NCBI RefSeq assembly: GCF_032191835.1
Contig: NC_083235.1
Span: forward strand, 19,220,001-19,284,000
Reading direction: 5' to 3'
Length of the DNA stretch: 64,000 bases
DNA from: Heteronotia binoei
Taxonomy: Eukaryota
Made by a program: the position numbers and the translations under genes. Positions 33,273-45,356 of this stretch are shown here, in pieces (positions within the stretch are counted from its first letter, which is position 1; each line of letters opens with the position of its first letter). Under the pieces are notes generated by a model. It saw only the letters and a program-made list of their open reading frames with translations, searched no databases and had not been told where the DNA came from.

Positions 33273-34085
33273 CTAAGCTTTTACTTTGGCAACTCTGCCA
33301 GAGGCGGCGCATGTCACCGCGCAGTTCGGCAACCCGGCCTGGATTCGGTGAATCGTCTGCTCGTCGAACCCAACCTTGCTTAAGTCGAGATGCTTCAGCC
33401 GAGGCAGCGCCCGGCAAGTGGCTACAACAGCCTCCGGAGAAAGTCCGCAGCAGGCTTCGAGACGGAGGTCTTCCAAGCTCGCTAAGCCACTCAAGCAAGG
33501 GAGACAGGTGTCCGTCAGGGAGGAATTGCCGCTGAGGTCCAAGAGGCGCAGGCGCTTCATGTGGCGCCCAATGAAATGAGTCGCTGAATCATCAATGCTG
33601 CACTGGCGCAGGGCAAGAGAGTCCAGCTCTCCCAGATACGGCGCTGCAGTCTGGATCCCGCTTTCTGTCACCCGGTAGGCCTCGGATAGAACCAGAGTCT
33701 TGAGTGTGCCCCAGCGTGCGATGTTTGCTAAGTGCTGGTTGGAGAAGGCAGGGACGTTCTGGATGACGAGGTGCTGGAGTCGTGGGAAGGCCTGAGGGGT
33801 CTGGGAGGCGCTGGGACCTTGGAACCACGCAGAAGGGATCTCGCAGCGGCTCAGCTCCAGAGTTGTGAGAGACGGGGGCATACACTCATACGGGAGAGAG
33901 CGGAGGTCCGTCTCGCTCAGGCACAGGTGACGGAAGCTGGGGCACTGCTTGCCCAAGGCCTGCATCAATGCTGCGGAAAACACCTCTTGCTTCCGGACAG
34001 AGTAGAGGGATCCCCGAGCTCTCAGCGTCCTCAGGTTGCCTCGGAGATGGTTTCGCAAGAGGTGCCACAGGACCTTGGAGGACAT
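33273..34085 (-). CDS. FBXL12: F-box/LRR protein 12, exon 3
   Basis: tttag acceptor; MSSKVLWHLLRN...LGKQCP..LELSRCEI...VPAFSNQHL...LVLSEAYRVTE aligns to human FBXL12 exon 3 (from memory). Confidence 0.92.
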   Translation of the reverse strand: MSSKVLWHLLRNHLRGNLRTLRARGSLYSVRKQEVFSAALMQALGKQCPSFRHLCLSETDLRSLPYECMPPSLTTLELSRCEIPSAWFQGPSASQTPQAFPRLQHLVIQNVPAFSNQHLANIARWGTLKTLVLSEAYRVTESGIQTAAPYLGELDSLALRQCSIDDSATHFIGRHMKRLRLLDLSGNSSLTDTCLPCLSGLASLEDLRLEACCGLSPEAVVATCRALPRLKHLDLSKVGFDEQTIHRIQAGLPNCAVTCAASGRVAKVKA

Positions 34086-34486
34086 CTAAATACAGGGAAG
34101 GGGAGCGGACCAGTAAGAAGCGCAAATCAAAAGTTGTAAATGTTCCATGGATATAAGCAGGACATTTTTTGTAGGAAAAGCCCAGCAGGAACTCATTTGC
34201 ATAATAGGCCACATCCCTTGACACCGAGGCAGCCAGAACTGCATTCCTGCTCAAAAAAAGCCCCAGGTATAAGAGGTGAGAGTGTTGTTATTTGGAAGAA
34301 GCTAGACTGGCTAAAGACCAACAACAGCAAGGAAATTAAGCTTTGTGCAAGTTATTAGTCGAAGTTGGAAGTGAGAAAATAAGCCTTTGTGGTTAGGAGT
34401 TTAGAGAAAGAAGAGCTGTGCCCATCTTAAACCAGCAATGCTGGACCATAACTTAAAGATGCTCCTTGACTGTTGTATAGCTGGGA

Positions 34487-34916
34487 TAGATCCAGGTGGG
34501 CAGCCGTGTTGGTCTGAAGTAGTAGAACAAAGTAGGAATCAAGTTTCACCTTTAAGACCAACAAAGTTTTATTCAGAATGTAAACTTTCGTGTGCTCTAA
34601 GCATCAGACGAGGAATGAGGGACAGTGAGCAGAGTTACATATCGCTGGTAGGCAGTGGTTTAGAATGCAAAATGGTACAAATTTAAGATCCAATGACAGA
34701 ACAGTAAAATTAACAAATTGAGCAAACGTTTGATGTGGGTTTGCTCAATTTGTTAATTTTATTAATCTGTCATTCTAAACCACTGCCTACCAGCTATATG
34801 TAGCTCTGCTCACTGTACCTGATTCCTGGTCTGATGAAGTGTGTTTAAAGCACACGAAAAGCTTACATTCTGAATAAAACTCTGTTGGTCTTAAAGGTGA
34901 TACTTGACTCCTACTT
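34487..34916. mobile_element. Penelope-like insertion with tail-to-tail inverted structure
   Basis: ~200-bp imperfect inverted arms; 16-bp direct repeat TGTTGTATAGCTGGGA at 34471-34486 and 34917-34932. Confidence 0.75.
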
Positions 34917-35288
34917 TGTTGTATAGCTGGGAATAAGTTTTGTTCTACTCTGTGGGACTTGCTTCTGGGTAAACCTGCAAAGGCACACAGACTGTGCAGG
35001 ACTGCAAAGTGGAGCTGCTTGAAAATCCTGCCTGTTTCTTTTGCCTTCCTTTCAGAACAAGAAAGAGCGGAATAAATTCTGCAAAAGGAAGCAAATGTGA
35101 ACATTTCACTTCCATCATTTTGTATACGCGGTCAGAAAGCCTCATGCCCATCCAACTGCTAGATGGCTTTGATCCAGAGCACCTGACTCTAGGATAAACA
35201 CATCTGCTAGGATTTTTCTACACAACCATTTCTATCAGTACTATTTCCTCCCAAAGGCAACAGGAAGAGGGAAGATGGGCACTCATAC

Positions 35289-35361
35289 CTTGTAAGGAGT
35301 CAAGTCCAAATGCCTCCAAAGCAACTTATCTCGCACCAGGCGATGCCAGCGTCTGCAGACC
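35289..35361 (-). CDS. FBXL12: FBXL12 exon 2
   Basis: ttcag|G VCRRWHRLVRDKLLWRHLDLTPYK |GTATGA; 73 nt; second half of the F-box. Confidence 0.93.
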
Positions 35362-35589
35362 CTGAATTAAAAAGGAAAGGGGTCAAGTCTTATCAGCCAC
35401 GACCACTCCTCTGAGAAAGGGTCATGAACAGAAGTGGGAGCTGCAGTAAGGAAGATGAATCAAGCTATGTGGTTGTGAAGTTGGTAAGAAGACTGGTGCA
35501 TTTGAATCACAGACAGAGAAGGGAAAGCCACAAATGGGACTTATTCTGCTCAGCTTGAGAACCCAGAAGAAATGGAAAAAAAGGTAAGT

Positions 35590-35836
35590 AAAATCTTTTG
35601 GTTCCAGAGCTTCCCCACTCCTCCATTTGCACCTGCTGGAATGGCCTTGGGTCAGCCAGAGCTCTAGTAGGAGTTGTCCTTGAAAGGGCAGGTGCTGTAA
35701 GAGGTCTCTTAGCCCCACCTACCTCACAGGGTGTCTGTTGTGCGTGTGTGAAGGGGGGGAAGGTAAAGGAGATTGTGACCGCTCTGAAACCCTGAGATTC
35801 AGAGTATAGGGCAGGATATAAATCCAATATCTTCTT
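35590..35836 (+). mobile_element. Squam3-like SINE (5'-truncated)
   Basis: Matches the SINE body and tail. Confidence 0.75.
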
Positions 35837-36596
35837 CAAAAGGGGGTGGAAACTAGAGACAGATTTGGATCTAGGAGCCCTAAATTCAGGTTCCATTTGA
35901 TGTCATTATGGGGAACTTGGGCAAGAATAAAGTTTTCTTCAATTTTCTACTACTTTTTCAAATCTTTTACTTCCTTTAAAAGTGAGTGTCAATGTAAAGT
36001 ATAGTATCTTAGCCACTTTAAACGTTTGTTTGCAATTCCCACCCCCCAGAAAAATGGGAATTAGAATAATGTATTATTATACTGAGTCAAACTTTTAGAC
36101 TAACTGGGATGGCTGTGGTGGCCCACTGTTTATCAACAGTGCATTTATAAGAATGCATCAATAATCCTTGTTCTCTTTGCCTAAGGTGTGTGTTGATGCT
36201 TACCTACAAATAAGAATGTGGTGACTGGGAACTGTCCTGAAATAATGGGCTAAAAGTGGTCTTTAATATTTGCTCAGCTGATGATATGATTAAGGGTTTG
36301 GGAGATGCATATAGTTTTTAATGAGGCTAACTGTAAAGTGGTGCCAATGAAATTCTGAACAGACATCATTTTAACTTCATTGACTTCAATGTATTCAAAT
36401 AGTATGACTCTGCTTCAGATCGCACAGTTAACATTTTATCTGGTAAAACCTGCCTTCCATCCCCCTTTTTATAAGTTTCTGTGTTCTTTTTATCTGATGG
36501 CCTATATTACAATGTGTGGATAGGACTGCCAACTGCTTGGAGCAAAAATGATCTCTCCTTTTTAACAAACACTTAATGGGATGTTATTTAGTAACA

Positions 36597-36853
36597 GGGA
36601 AGAGCCCCGTGGTGCAGAGTGGTAAAGCTGAAGTACGATCCCAGCGGAAGCTGGGTTCAGGTAGCTGGCTTGAGTTTGACTCATCCTTCCAAGATCAGTA
36701 AAATGAGTACCCAGCTTGCTGGGGGGAAGTGTAGATGACTGGAAAAGCCGATGGCAAACCACCCCATTAAAAAGTCTGCCGTGAAAACATTGTGAAAACG
36801 TCACCCCAGAGTCAGAAACGACTGGTGCTTGCACAGGGGACTACCTTTACCTT
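36597..36853 (+). mobile_element. Sauria SINE
   Basis: gagccccgtggtgcagagtggtaaagc head, acctttacctttg tail. Confidence 0.8.
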
Positions 36854-38097
36854 TGTTTAATTTAGTAATAGAGGTTTCATATACGGAAATGGGCAGCTTA
36901 AATTTTTCATGGAATGTAAATAAATAAGCCTGTATTAGAGACACAGAATATTTTTTTCTCCAGATAGTTGGAAACTGTATTTGCAGAAAACATTAATCTG
37001 AGTTCTATGTACAGGAGGCTCTACTTTTTAAATGGCACACACACAAAAAAGGAAAAAATACAACCTACAAATGAAGCCACCAACCCAATTTATTGAACTT
37101 CCAGTGCAATCCTATGTAGAGTTACTTTATCGTAACCCCGCTGAAATCAATGGGCTTAGACTGCAATAACTACATAGTACAGCACAGTTAGAGAATCTAG
37201 CATATGTTTTAACTATGTTTTCTATACGTATATATTATTTGAAATATATATATGCAAAAAATATTAATTCATGTGACTTCCTGATGCACAGTCATTCTCC
37301 TTTTTATATGGTAAAACATATACTAAAAATTCACTTGGTACTAACCATCGTTGCAAATGCAATAGTAACATTTCTAGAAGACTAAGGCTGGAATGCACAA
37401 AGGTGCGTTCTCACTTGAATTTATAAGGCTTACTTCTGAGAAAACATGCTTCAGATTGGGCTACAAAAACAAGACACAGATTCTTCCACATTAACCATCC
37501 CCATGGCAAAATACCAGGTGCACATCATGGCCTTGTGAGACAACAGCCACAGACACGGGCTGTTGGGCGAAATACAAAGGATTGTGGTTTGACAGTTGCT
37601 TGACAAGCAGACGACCAACAGGAAATGCATTTGACAGACTGCACAGGATAGCACAGTTACACACTCTAATGCATTTTGAAGTGCGGCTTTCCTACACACT
37701 GTTGTTTCTACCACTGCATTTGAAAGAGGCAGCCTTTGGCAGGTGGAGGATCCAAATGTATAACTTTGGCTCTGGATACACCTGTTGACCCTTTATCTGT
37801 GAAGCAGCAGTTATGATAAAGAAAAAATTATCTGTTAGATTAAAAGGATGTTTTAAAAAGTCTTCTCCCTCACCCCCCTGGTCCACTGGAGGAAGGAAGG
37901 CCGAAAGCCAACACCCCCTCTAAGCTACGGAGTCTTGTGAACAAAAATTCTACTTCATGAGATACTGGCATTAAAGTTGTGAGCTACTATTTTGCTCTGG
38001 GGCTATCCTTCCCAATACAAAAATGTGTGAGCCAGAAACTAAAAAGCTGTGAATTACCTCACACTCAGCTTATAGAGAACTCAGCTTAAAGCACTGC

Positions 38098-38131
38098 AGA
38101 AGAAGAAGAAGCAGAAGAAGAAGAAGAAAAA
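38098..38131. repeat. (GAA)n microsatellite
   Basis: agaagaagaagaagcagaagaagaagaagaaaaa. Confidence 0.85.
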
Positions 38132-38370
38132 GACCTAAGCGCTATTTAGGGTTGCCAATCTCCAGGTGGTGGCTGGAGATCCCCTGGGATTTTAACTGAT
38201 CTCCAGGCGACAGAACCCAGTTCCTTTGCAGAGACTGGCCGCGTTGGAAAGCTATGACATTACACCGAAGTGAAGTCCTTCCCTTCCCTTCCCCAAACCC
38301 CGCCCTCTTCAGGATCCACCTCCCAAATCTCCAGGAATTTCCCACCCTGGAGTTGGCAACTCTAGCCCAC

Positions 38371-38462
38371 CTGGCTCCGCCCAGCCGGTCACGCGGCGGC
38401 AGCAACTCCAAAATCTGGAGCAGCAGCGAGTCCGGGAGCGCGGAGAGACTTTGACGCTCCAT
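38371..38462 (-). CDS. FBXL12: FBXL12 exon 1
   Basis: ATG at 38462; MERQSLSALPDSLLLQILELLPPRDRLGGA-R|GTGGGC; F-box LPD..LL.I...LP; total 92+73+813 nt = 325 aa. Confidence 0.92.
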
Positions 38463-38569
38463 TCTCCGCACTTACTCCTCCCTCTCGGCGCAGGGAGCTC
38501 TTAGGTTGAATCGCTGCCTCACTGACTGCGGCGGATGTTTGCTTCGGTGAGAACCGATGAAACGACTTC

Positions 38570-38695
38570 CGCTTCCGGGTGAAAGGCCACTTTCGCTTCT
38601 GCGCCGTTGTTCTCCAGTCCTGGCACCTGAGCCTGGGTGGAAACGAGGGAGCTTCGGGGCTGTTTTTCTTGAAGCAGCGCCCTTGGTCGGGGCAG
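38570..38695 (+). other. UBL5: UBL5 non-coding exon 1 (start approximate)
   Basis: CAG|GTAGGT donor at 38696; the strong acceptor of the next exon is at 40537. Confidence 0.55.
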
Positions 38696-38947
38696 GTAGG
38701 TGGGGGCAGCGGCTGCCGCTCTGGGTCTCGGTTCCTCCGTGGCTGCTCGAAAAGGGAGGCGAAGAGGCCTCCAGGGCGCATGTGCATACGCCTCGCTCAG
38801 TCCGGATTAGTTGATGCTCCTGTTTGCTGAGGCTTCGCTGGTCTGGAGTGGACGTCGAAGGGGCGCTTCCTGTTCCTCCTCCCCCGGTTCTCCTTTTTTT
38901 CCCCGTTCGTCCTGATTTTAAGAAGTATAGGAGCCTGTATGTATGTA

Positions 38948-39226
38948 CCAGGGGTGGCCAATTTGTGGCTCTTTCACACATATTGTGTGGCTCTTGAAGC
39001 CCCCACTGCCTTGTCGGCTGGCTTGGAGGAGGCATTTGTCTCTTTTAATCACCTATCTGAGCCAAGCCAGCTGGCAGCTTGGAGAATCCATTTGAACTTA
39101 AAGTTGCTTTCTTTCCACCTCTCACTTCCTACTCCATCTCCCATCTGTTTTCCTTCCTTGTGGCTCTCAAGCATCTGAAGTTTATTCTCTGTGGCTCTTA
39201 CATTAAGCAAGTTTGGCCACCTCTGG
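38948..39226. mobile_element. hAT MITE (CAGGGGTGGCCAAAC family)
   Basis: Inverted termini; related copies near 43000-43540, 54895-55190, 57510-57650 and 59310-59620. Confidence 0.7.
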
Positions 39227-39272
39227 TGTATTTCTATATATCAGTGTCTGCATGTTTTTATATATTATATAA

Positions 39273-39560
39273 GTGAGGCTCATGGTATATAGTAGTAAAC
39301 TGCAGTATTACAGTCCAAGCTCTGCTCATGACTGGAGTTTGATTCTGGTGGAAGCTGGGTTCAGGTAGCTGGCTCAAGGTTGATTCAGCCTTCCATCTTT
39401 CCGAGGTCAGTAAAATGAGTACCCAGCTTGCTGGGGGTAAAGTGTAGATAACTGGGGAAGGCAATGGCAAACCACCCCATAGAAGTCTGCCAAGAAAACG
39501 TTGGGCTGTGATGTTACTCACTGAGTTTGTAATGACTGGGTGCTTGCACAGCAGACTACC
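39273..39560 (+). mobile_element. Sauria SINE (older)
   Basis: Degenerate head with typical body. Confidence 0.7.
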
Positions 39561-40617
39561 TTTTTATACACACATGCATACACAGGGCTTTTTTTTTTTT
39601 AAAGCAGGAACGCAGTTCTGGCTGGCTTAGTGTCAGAGAGTGTGGCCTAATATGCAAATGAATTCCTGCTGGGCCTTTTTCTACCAAAAAAAGCTCTGTG
39701 CGCACAAACTTTCTCTTTGTCGTTTGAGGAGTTAGCCTGTATCATTCCATATTCTTTCAGGGGTTGGATTGTGGCTTACTGGTAAGAGCATCTGTTCTGA
39801 TTGGCAATCCCTGGCATCTCCAGCTAAAAGGACCGGGCAGTAGGGTTGTGAAAGACTTGTGCCTGAGGTCCTGCAGAACAACTGCAAGTCTGAGTAATAT
39901 TGACCGTGATGGACCAGTGTTTTTGTATAAGTCAGCTTCTTGTGTGCCTCCTCTCTGACTTGACATTCAGGTTTCCCAGGGGCAAGTGTCTAAGCCACTA
40001 GTCCACTAAGGCTGTCTAGGTTGCCTTCTGCAGGTGCTATTAAGAAATGAACTTGGGTTTAAGAATCCAGTGTTCTGTTCCTAACGGCTGGTGCAGTTTC
40101 AAACTTCTGCTTTAAGCATAAATGCACTGTATGCATTCTTGGATCTTTGCTGCTATGTAGCCTGCCAAATTGACAATGACCAATCTGTGTTTGGTTTGAA
40201 AGGCTATTTGCCACCTTTCCAAAGAACTGGCTTGAGGCAGCTTCCAAAATTTTGAAAAAAAAATAAAAGCATACAGCATGTCAATAATTTAAGATTAATT
40301 ATGTAACATTGAGGTAGGGTGGTAGTAATTCCCTCCAGCTTCCTTTGAGACCTTGTAAGTAAAGAGACCTCCATCTTCTCCATGAAGACAAAATTCTGTT
40401 GAGTGGAACTCCTGGCTTCTTTATAGCTTTTACATAGATTGAATCCCTGCTAATGCTCCAAACGTTTCAGACACAAACCTTCCCATGGCCAACAGTCACA
40501 AAAATCTGTTTTTCTTCCTGTTTCTCTTTCCCAACAGCACCTCCAGCGTGGGGGAGGCCAGAGGTTCCATTCAGAACAGCCTCTTGCATCTGAGTCGGTG
40601 TTGGACGTTAGATCGGG

Positions 40618-40673
40618 ATGATCGAAGTAGTTTGCAATGATCGGCTGGGCAAGAAAGTGCGAGTGAAGTGCAA
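40618..40673 (+). CDS. UBL5: Ubiquitin-like 5 (Hub1), coding exon 1
   Basis: MIEVVCNDRLGKKVRVKC-N, followed by a U12-type GTATCCAC donor. Confidence 0.97.
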
Positions 40674-42773
40674 GTATCCACCCTGCTGGAATGCAGCTTC
40701 TGTCCACCCAGTAGAGATATCAGCCTGCCTGATGTCCAGCTGTTGTGGTTGGTTGGGGGGGACCTCTGACACTTGAGAAAGGGGTTCACTGACTGGGGAA
40801 GGCAATTTCCAATGGGTACCGTTCACCTGGGAGGAGAGCAGAGCCAGAAGACAGTCTCCTTCATTCTCAACATGGTGTAGATGGTTTTTCCTGGTTTCAT
40901 CTCACTGCTGAGGAATACATTTTCTGAGGGGGCAAAAGGCAACAGTTTTCCTGTCTATCGATGGATTTTCTCACTGGGCATCTTAGGTTTTAATGACCAG
41001 CCATTTGAGAGATGACTAGAATAAATAGGGTTGCCAGCCTGGAGATCTTTTAAGAATTACAACTGATCTCCAGATGACTAAGGTCAGTTCCCCTGGAGGA
41101 AATGGCTGGGGGGATCGATTCAATTTCAAACCTTTAATGGCATAGCATAAAATACAGAAAAAGATTTGGCTAGACAAAATAGGATTGCACTTAGGTTAGA
41201 CATAAAATCAAGCATAGCCAGAGTTGTATTGGAGAATGGTGGCCAAAAATTTTGCAACAGCATAGCTAATTTCTGAATTAGAGTCATTCAGGAAAAATCG
41301 ACAGAAAGACAAATTATTCTGATTGATGGTAGGTGGGGAGAATCTGCGAAACAATTCCTGACAGGGTTTTTCATATAGATGACAATTATTCAATATTAGG
41401 GGGGTTTGCACCGCAGGAACTAAGTCTTTAATGAGAAGGAATTTGGAGACATCTCCCCTGCAAGACCTTGGAAGGAAATGCATTCAATCTGGCCAACATA
41501 AAAGCCCTGCGATATGTAGGGATCACTAAATCAGTTAAATATCTGTGCATCTTACTGCAACAGGCTGGGGGGATCATGTTGTGGCTGACTGCGCCTCCTG
41601 CGGTAGTCATTTTGTGGCTGCACCCACTATGCCGTGTTGGCATTCCAAAGGTGCCCACAGCTGGGGGGGAGGGCTCAGTGGCATTATGCCCCTGTTGAAT
41701 TCCCTCCCATCCCCTAAACCCTGCCCTCCCCAGGCTATACCCCCAAATCTTCAGGAATCTCCCAACACAGCTTGGGTAACCCTAAGTATAAAGTGAAATC
41801 ACCAAGCGATTACAGAGCGCTCTCTCTCTCTCTCTCTCTCTCTCAACATTGAAGGTTCTCTATAGGGTTGATACATCCATCTTACTGTTTTCTGTGTATG
41901 TGTGTGTGGGAGTATCCTGTAACCCTCTGGTAGGAGTGCAAGGATAACTTGATGATACATTGGTGGGAAGGGCATAGCTCTTGACATGCACTGATGCTCA
42001 TAAATAAGAAGGAGAGTATCAGTTGTCCCCTACTGGTAAAGTTTTTGTGGGAGTAAAGAATCACCCTATTTAAAAAGAAAATGGGAATATGAGTGCAGCT
42101 TTGCAGGTTCTCCCATCACCTGCGTAGGTAGAAGAAAATCATGGATCTATAGAAGACAGAGCAATGCTGCTGTCATCCAGTGAACATCTTTCAAAGCATC
42201 TTTGAGAATACCACCTTGGATTGTGGTTTCATTGATTGCAGTTACCCAAGAACAGTCTTTTTGGTGGTGCCCTTTGCAACACCAGATGTCAGTTGGGGTA
42301 CACGGGGTGCTTTCAGCGATCATTTCCCGGTTTTGGATTTGCCTTCAGAAGTCCTGACAGTAACGTTAGTGCTACCTGATTACATGTTGCTTTATTTCAG
42401 GGGCTGGACTGGGAAGGGGTGCAATTCCTGGGAATGAATGCGGCTGCAGAGCAGAGGATGGAAGAAGGGAATGCAGGCCCCTCTTCTTTTCCTGCTGCTG
42501 GAAAAAGGCACCCCCTAGACCCTCCCCTCTAGACTGTTCACATTTCAATGGTTTGAGCCCTTGTGAGAGCAGTGCAACCCACTTTTGGTCATGAGCCACA
42601 GTTTGAGAATGTCTGGATTAATGCAAAGGCTTCATGGAGGAGGTTGGGGGGCAAAGAGGAGGAGAGAGATGGCATCATAGAGGTGTTTTGGGGAGGCAAC
42701 AACATCTTGGTTGGCTGTAAGAGATACAGAGTTCCCTTTGAGACAGGTTTCCTTAACTGGTACCACTGCCCAG

Positions 42774-42857
42774 CCCTGATGACACCATTCGGGACCTGAA
42801 AAAACTCATCGCTGCCCAGACGGGCACTCGGTGGGACAAGATCGTGTTAAAGAAATG
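42774..42857 (+). CDS. UBL5: UBL5 coding exon 2
   Basis: [28 protein letters not shown]; U12 branch point TTTCCTTAAC at 42748-42757; GTGAGT donor. Confidence 0.97.
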
Positions 42858-43827
42858 GTGAGTAGAGGGGAGAGAAGGGCCTTGTTTGATACATGGCAGA
42901 AGGCAGGATCGCACGCAACGGGGTGGGGTGGGGGGCAAAGATAGTTCCATAAATTCTAATCCAGGAGTATCGAACTAATTTGTTATGAGGGCCGAATCTG
43001 ACATAAATGAGACCTTGTTGGGCTGGACCATGTGTGTACCTATTTAAGATTAGGTAAGATAAAGTAAAGGACACAGAAAAACGCAAAGATTTTTTAAAAA
43101 ATCTTAAAGTAAAACATGCTTAAAACGTTAGCACTCATTAGCTTTCTTTGTATTTCTCCCATGGGATCCAGGGAACTGGGCCATGGAAATGCTGACTCTT
43201 TCCTTCCTTCTCCAAGGGATGAGGAGGGGGAGGAGCCTCAGCCAACAGAAGGAAGAGAGGCTTGGCTCAGTAGCTCTGCTGTGCGATTGAGAGAGCCTTG
43301 AAAAACAAGCTCTGCCTCTCCACCTTCCTCCCCAAGGGAGAAGCCTCAGCTAATGGAGAAAATAGAGGCTTTGCTCTGTAGTTCTTGTGCAATTGAGCAA
43401 GCCTTGCAAAGCAAGCTGTTATGTAGAAGGAAGCAAGAGAGTGGGAGAAGGAAGCAGACAATGGCCAGTTGCTTAGGGGCCTGATAAGAACCCTCCGGAG
43501 GCCTAATTCAGCTCCCAGGCTGCATGTTTGACACCCCTGTTCTTATCTGTCATAGCTTAGTGATACAGTACATGTTTTGACGGTCCCAGAATCCTGTTGC
43601 TTCCATGTTGTGAGCATTCGTTGGGTTACCATGCATGATTATAAATGAGAGGGCAAAAGTCATTGCTTAGTTTTGACGTTCCTAATAAAATTGTCTTCGC
43701 TTTCTTTTGGATATTTTTGCAACCAAGATAGTTGAAAATGTTTTAGTGCAGTCATCATTGTGTTGTCTTTTTTTTTTTAACTGGGTACCAAATTACTGTC
43801 GACTTTTGTGTTTTTACAATGCTATAG

Positions 43828-43865
43828 GTACACAATTTTCAAGGACCACGTGTCGCTGGCAGACT
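43828..43865 (+). CDS. UBL5: UBL5 coding exon 3
   Basis: tatag|G YTIFKDHVSLAD T|GTATCCTT (perfect U12 donor). Confidence 0.97.
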
Positions 43866-44215
43866 GTATCCTTAAACAAGCCAGATGGGATGGCAGTAAA
43901 ATGATGAGGTGATGGGGAAGAGGCAAGGGACAGCCATTGGAAATAGGGCTGTAGGAGAAAGGAAGGGAGGGAAGGAATGCAGCAGCTTTGACCACTCTTA
44001 GGAGAGGTGTTAGGAATGGCCTTTCTCTGTCTGAAAGTCTTAGAAAACTGCTGCCAGAACAGCCCTTGATGATCTAGAGCAGAGATTTCCAAAATGGTGA
44101 CCATGGCTGCTGGGGCACCTGCCAACACCTTTCCTGATGCACGCCAAGTGTTTTTCAAAGGTGGCGGGCAGAGGTGTGGCTTTTGCCCACCAAGGCTTCT
44201 GATGGAGATTTCATG

Positions 44216-44495
44216 AGAGCCAGTTTGGTGTAGTGGTTAAGTGTGCAGACTCTTATCTGGGAGAACCGGGTTTGATCCCCCACTCCTCCACTTGCACCTG
44301 CTGGAATGGCCTTGGGTCAGCCATAGCTCTCGTAGGAGTTGTCCTTAAAAAGGCAGCTGCTGTAAGAGCTCTCTCAATTCCACCCACCTCACAGGGTGTC
44401 TGTTGTGGGAGAGGAAGATAAATGAGATTGTAAGCCATTCTGAGACTCTGAAATTCGAAGTGGAGGGCAGGATATAAATCCAATATCTTCTTCTT
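44216..44495 (+). mobile_element. Squam3-like SINE in the UBL5 U12 intron
   Basis: Full copy. Confidence 0.85.
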
Positions 44496-45356
44496 CATTG
44501 GCTGTGCAGATTTTCTAAAATATTGCTTTGGCAGCAGCTGCCACCACAGCACAAAGATTTTTACTGTGTGACTGCGGCAATCATGTTGTAGCTGACTGCA
44601 CCTCCTGTGATAGTCATTTTGTGGCTGCATCCACCCTGCCGTGTTGGAATCCCAGAGGTGCCCACAGGCTCAAAAAGTTTGGGGACCACTGATCTAGAGG
44701 AATCGGTATTTTGACTCCTCACAAAGCAGTTTCACAAGCTGACAAATATTAAATTGGAAGCCCAAATGATTCTCATTCTGCTATATGGTAAGATCCTTCC
44801 AAACACACAGCCCTGCCAGGTAAGCATGGACTTACTTTCTGTAAAACTAAGAGAAGGAAACATGCAAGATAGTAAGAAGACCTGGCAGCCACTCTATGAT
44901 TGGTTGGATGTAGTATGAGTTTGGAATCTGAGGAAATTAAGTGACAACATATTTGTATATAAAAATATAGGCTAAGGAATTAGTACCACATACTGTACTG
45001 AATAAGGTGCAATTATAAGAAATGTATATTTGCAAGCTAAAAAAAAGAGTTATAAAGCAATAAAAGGATTTAAGAGGCAAAACGGAAGATATAAATTGTA
45101 AATGATACTCAGATTGTGAATTAATAGAATTAGTTATTTTGTAATAAGAGAATGTAAACTAAAGAGACATTTTCTCTCCCCCTTCAACCCTAATTTCCCC
45201 ATATCCCCTGTACTATTCTTTCCTTCTCCTTTTCCTTTATTTGAAACTTAATAAAACTTTTAAGTGCAAAAGAACAACAACACACTGGCCTCCCCTTTTC
45301 ATAGTCACTATATCTGAATATTTCCAGGGTCACTTTCCTTAACTTTTTTCTTTCAG

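Larger units (their letters stand above)
38370..38900. promoter_or_regulatory. CpG-island bidirectional promoter shared by FBXL12 and UBL5
   Basis: CpG-rich; tandem ETS/GABPA-type CTTCCG motifs near 38565-38578; NRF1-like GCGCATGTGCA at 38776-38786. Confidence 0.75.

Noticed and set aside
33732-34139. Plus-strand 135-aa ORF and other overlapping ORFs
   Set aside because: Antisense shadows of the GC-rich FBXL12 exon 3
43866-43920. Read-through ...SLADCILKQARWDGSKMMR* as the UBL5 C-terminus
   Set aside because: The perfect U12 donor and the downstream YEIHDGMNLELYYQ exon restore the canonical 73-aa protein
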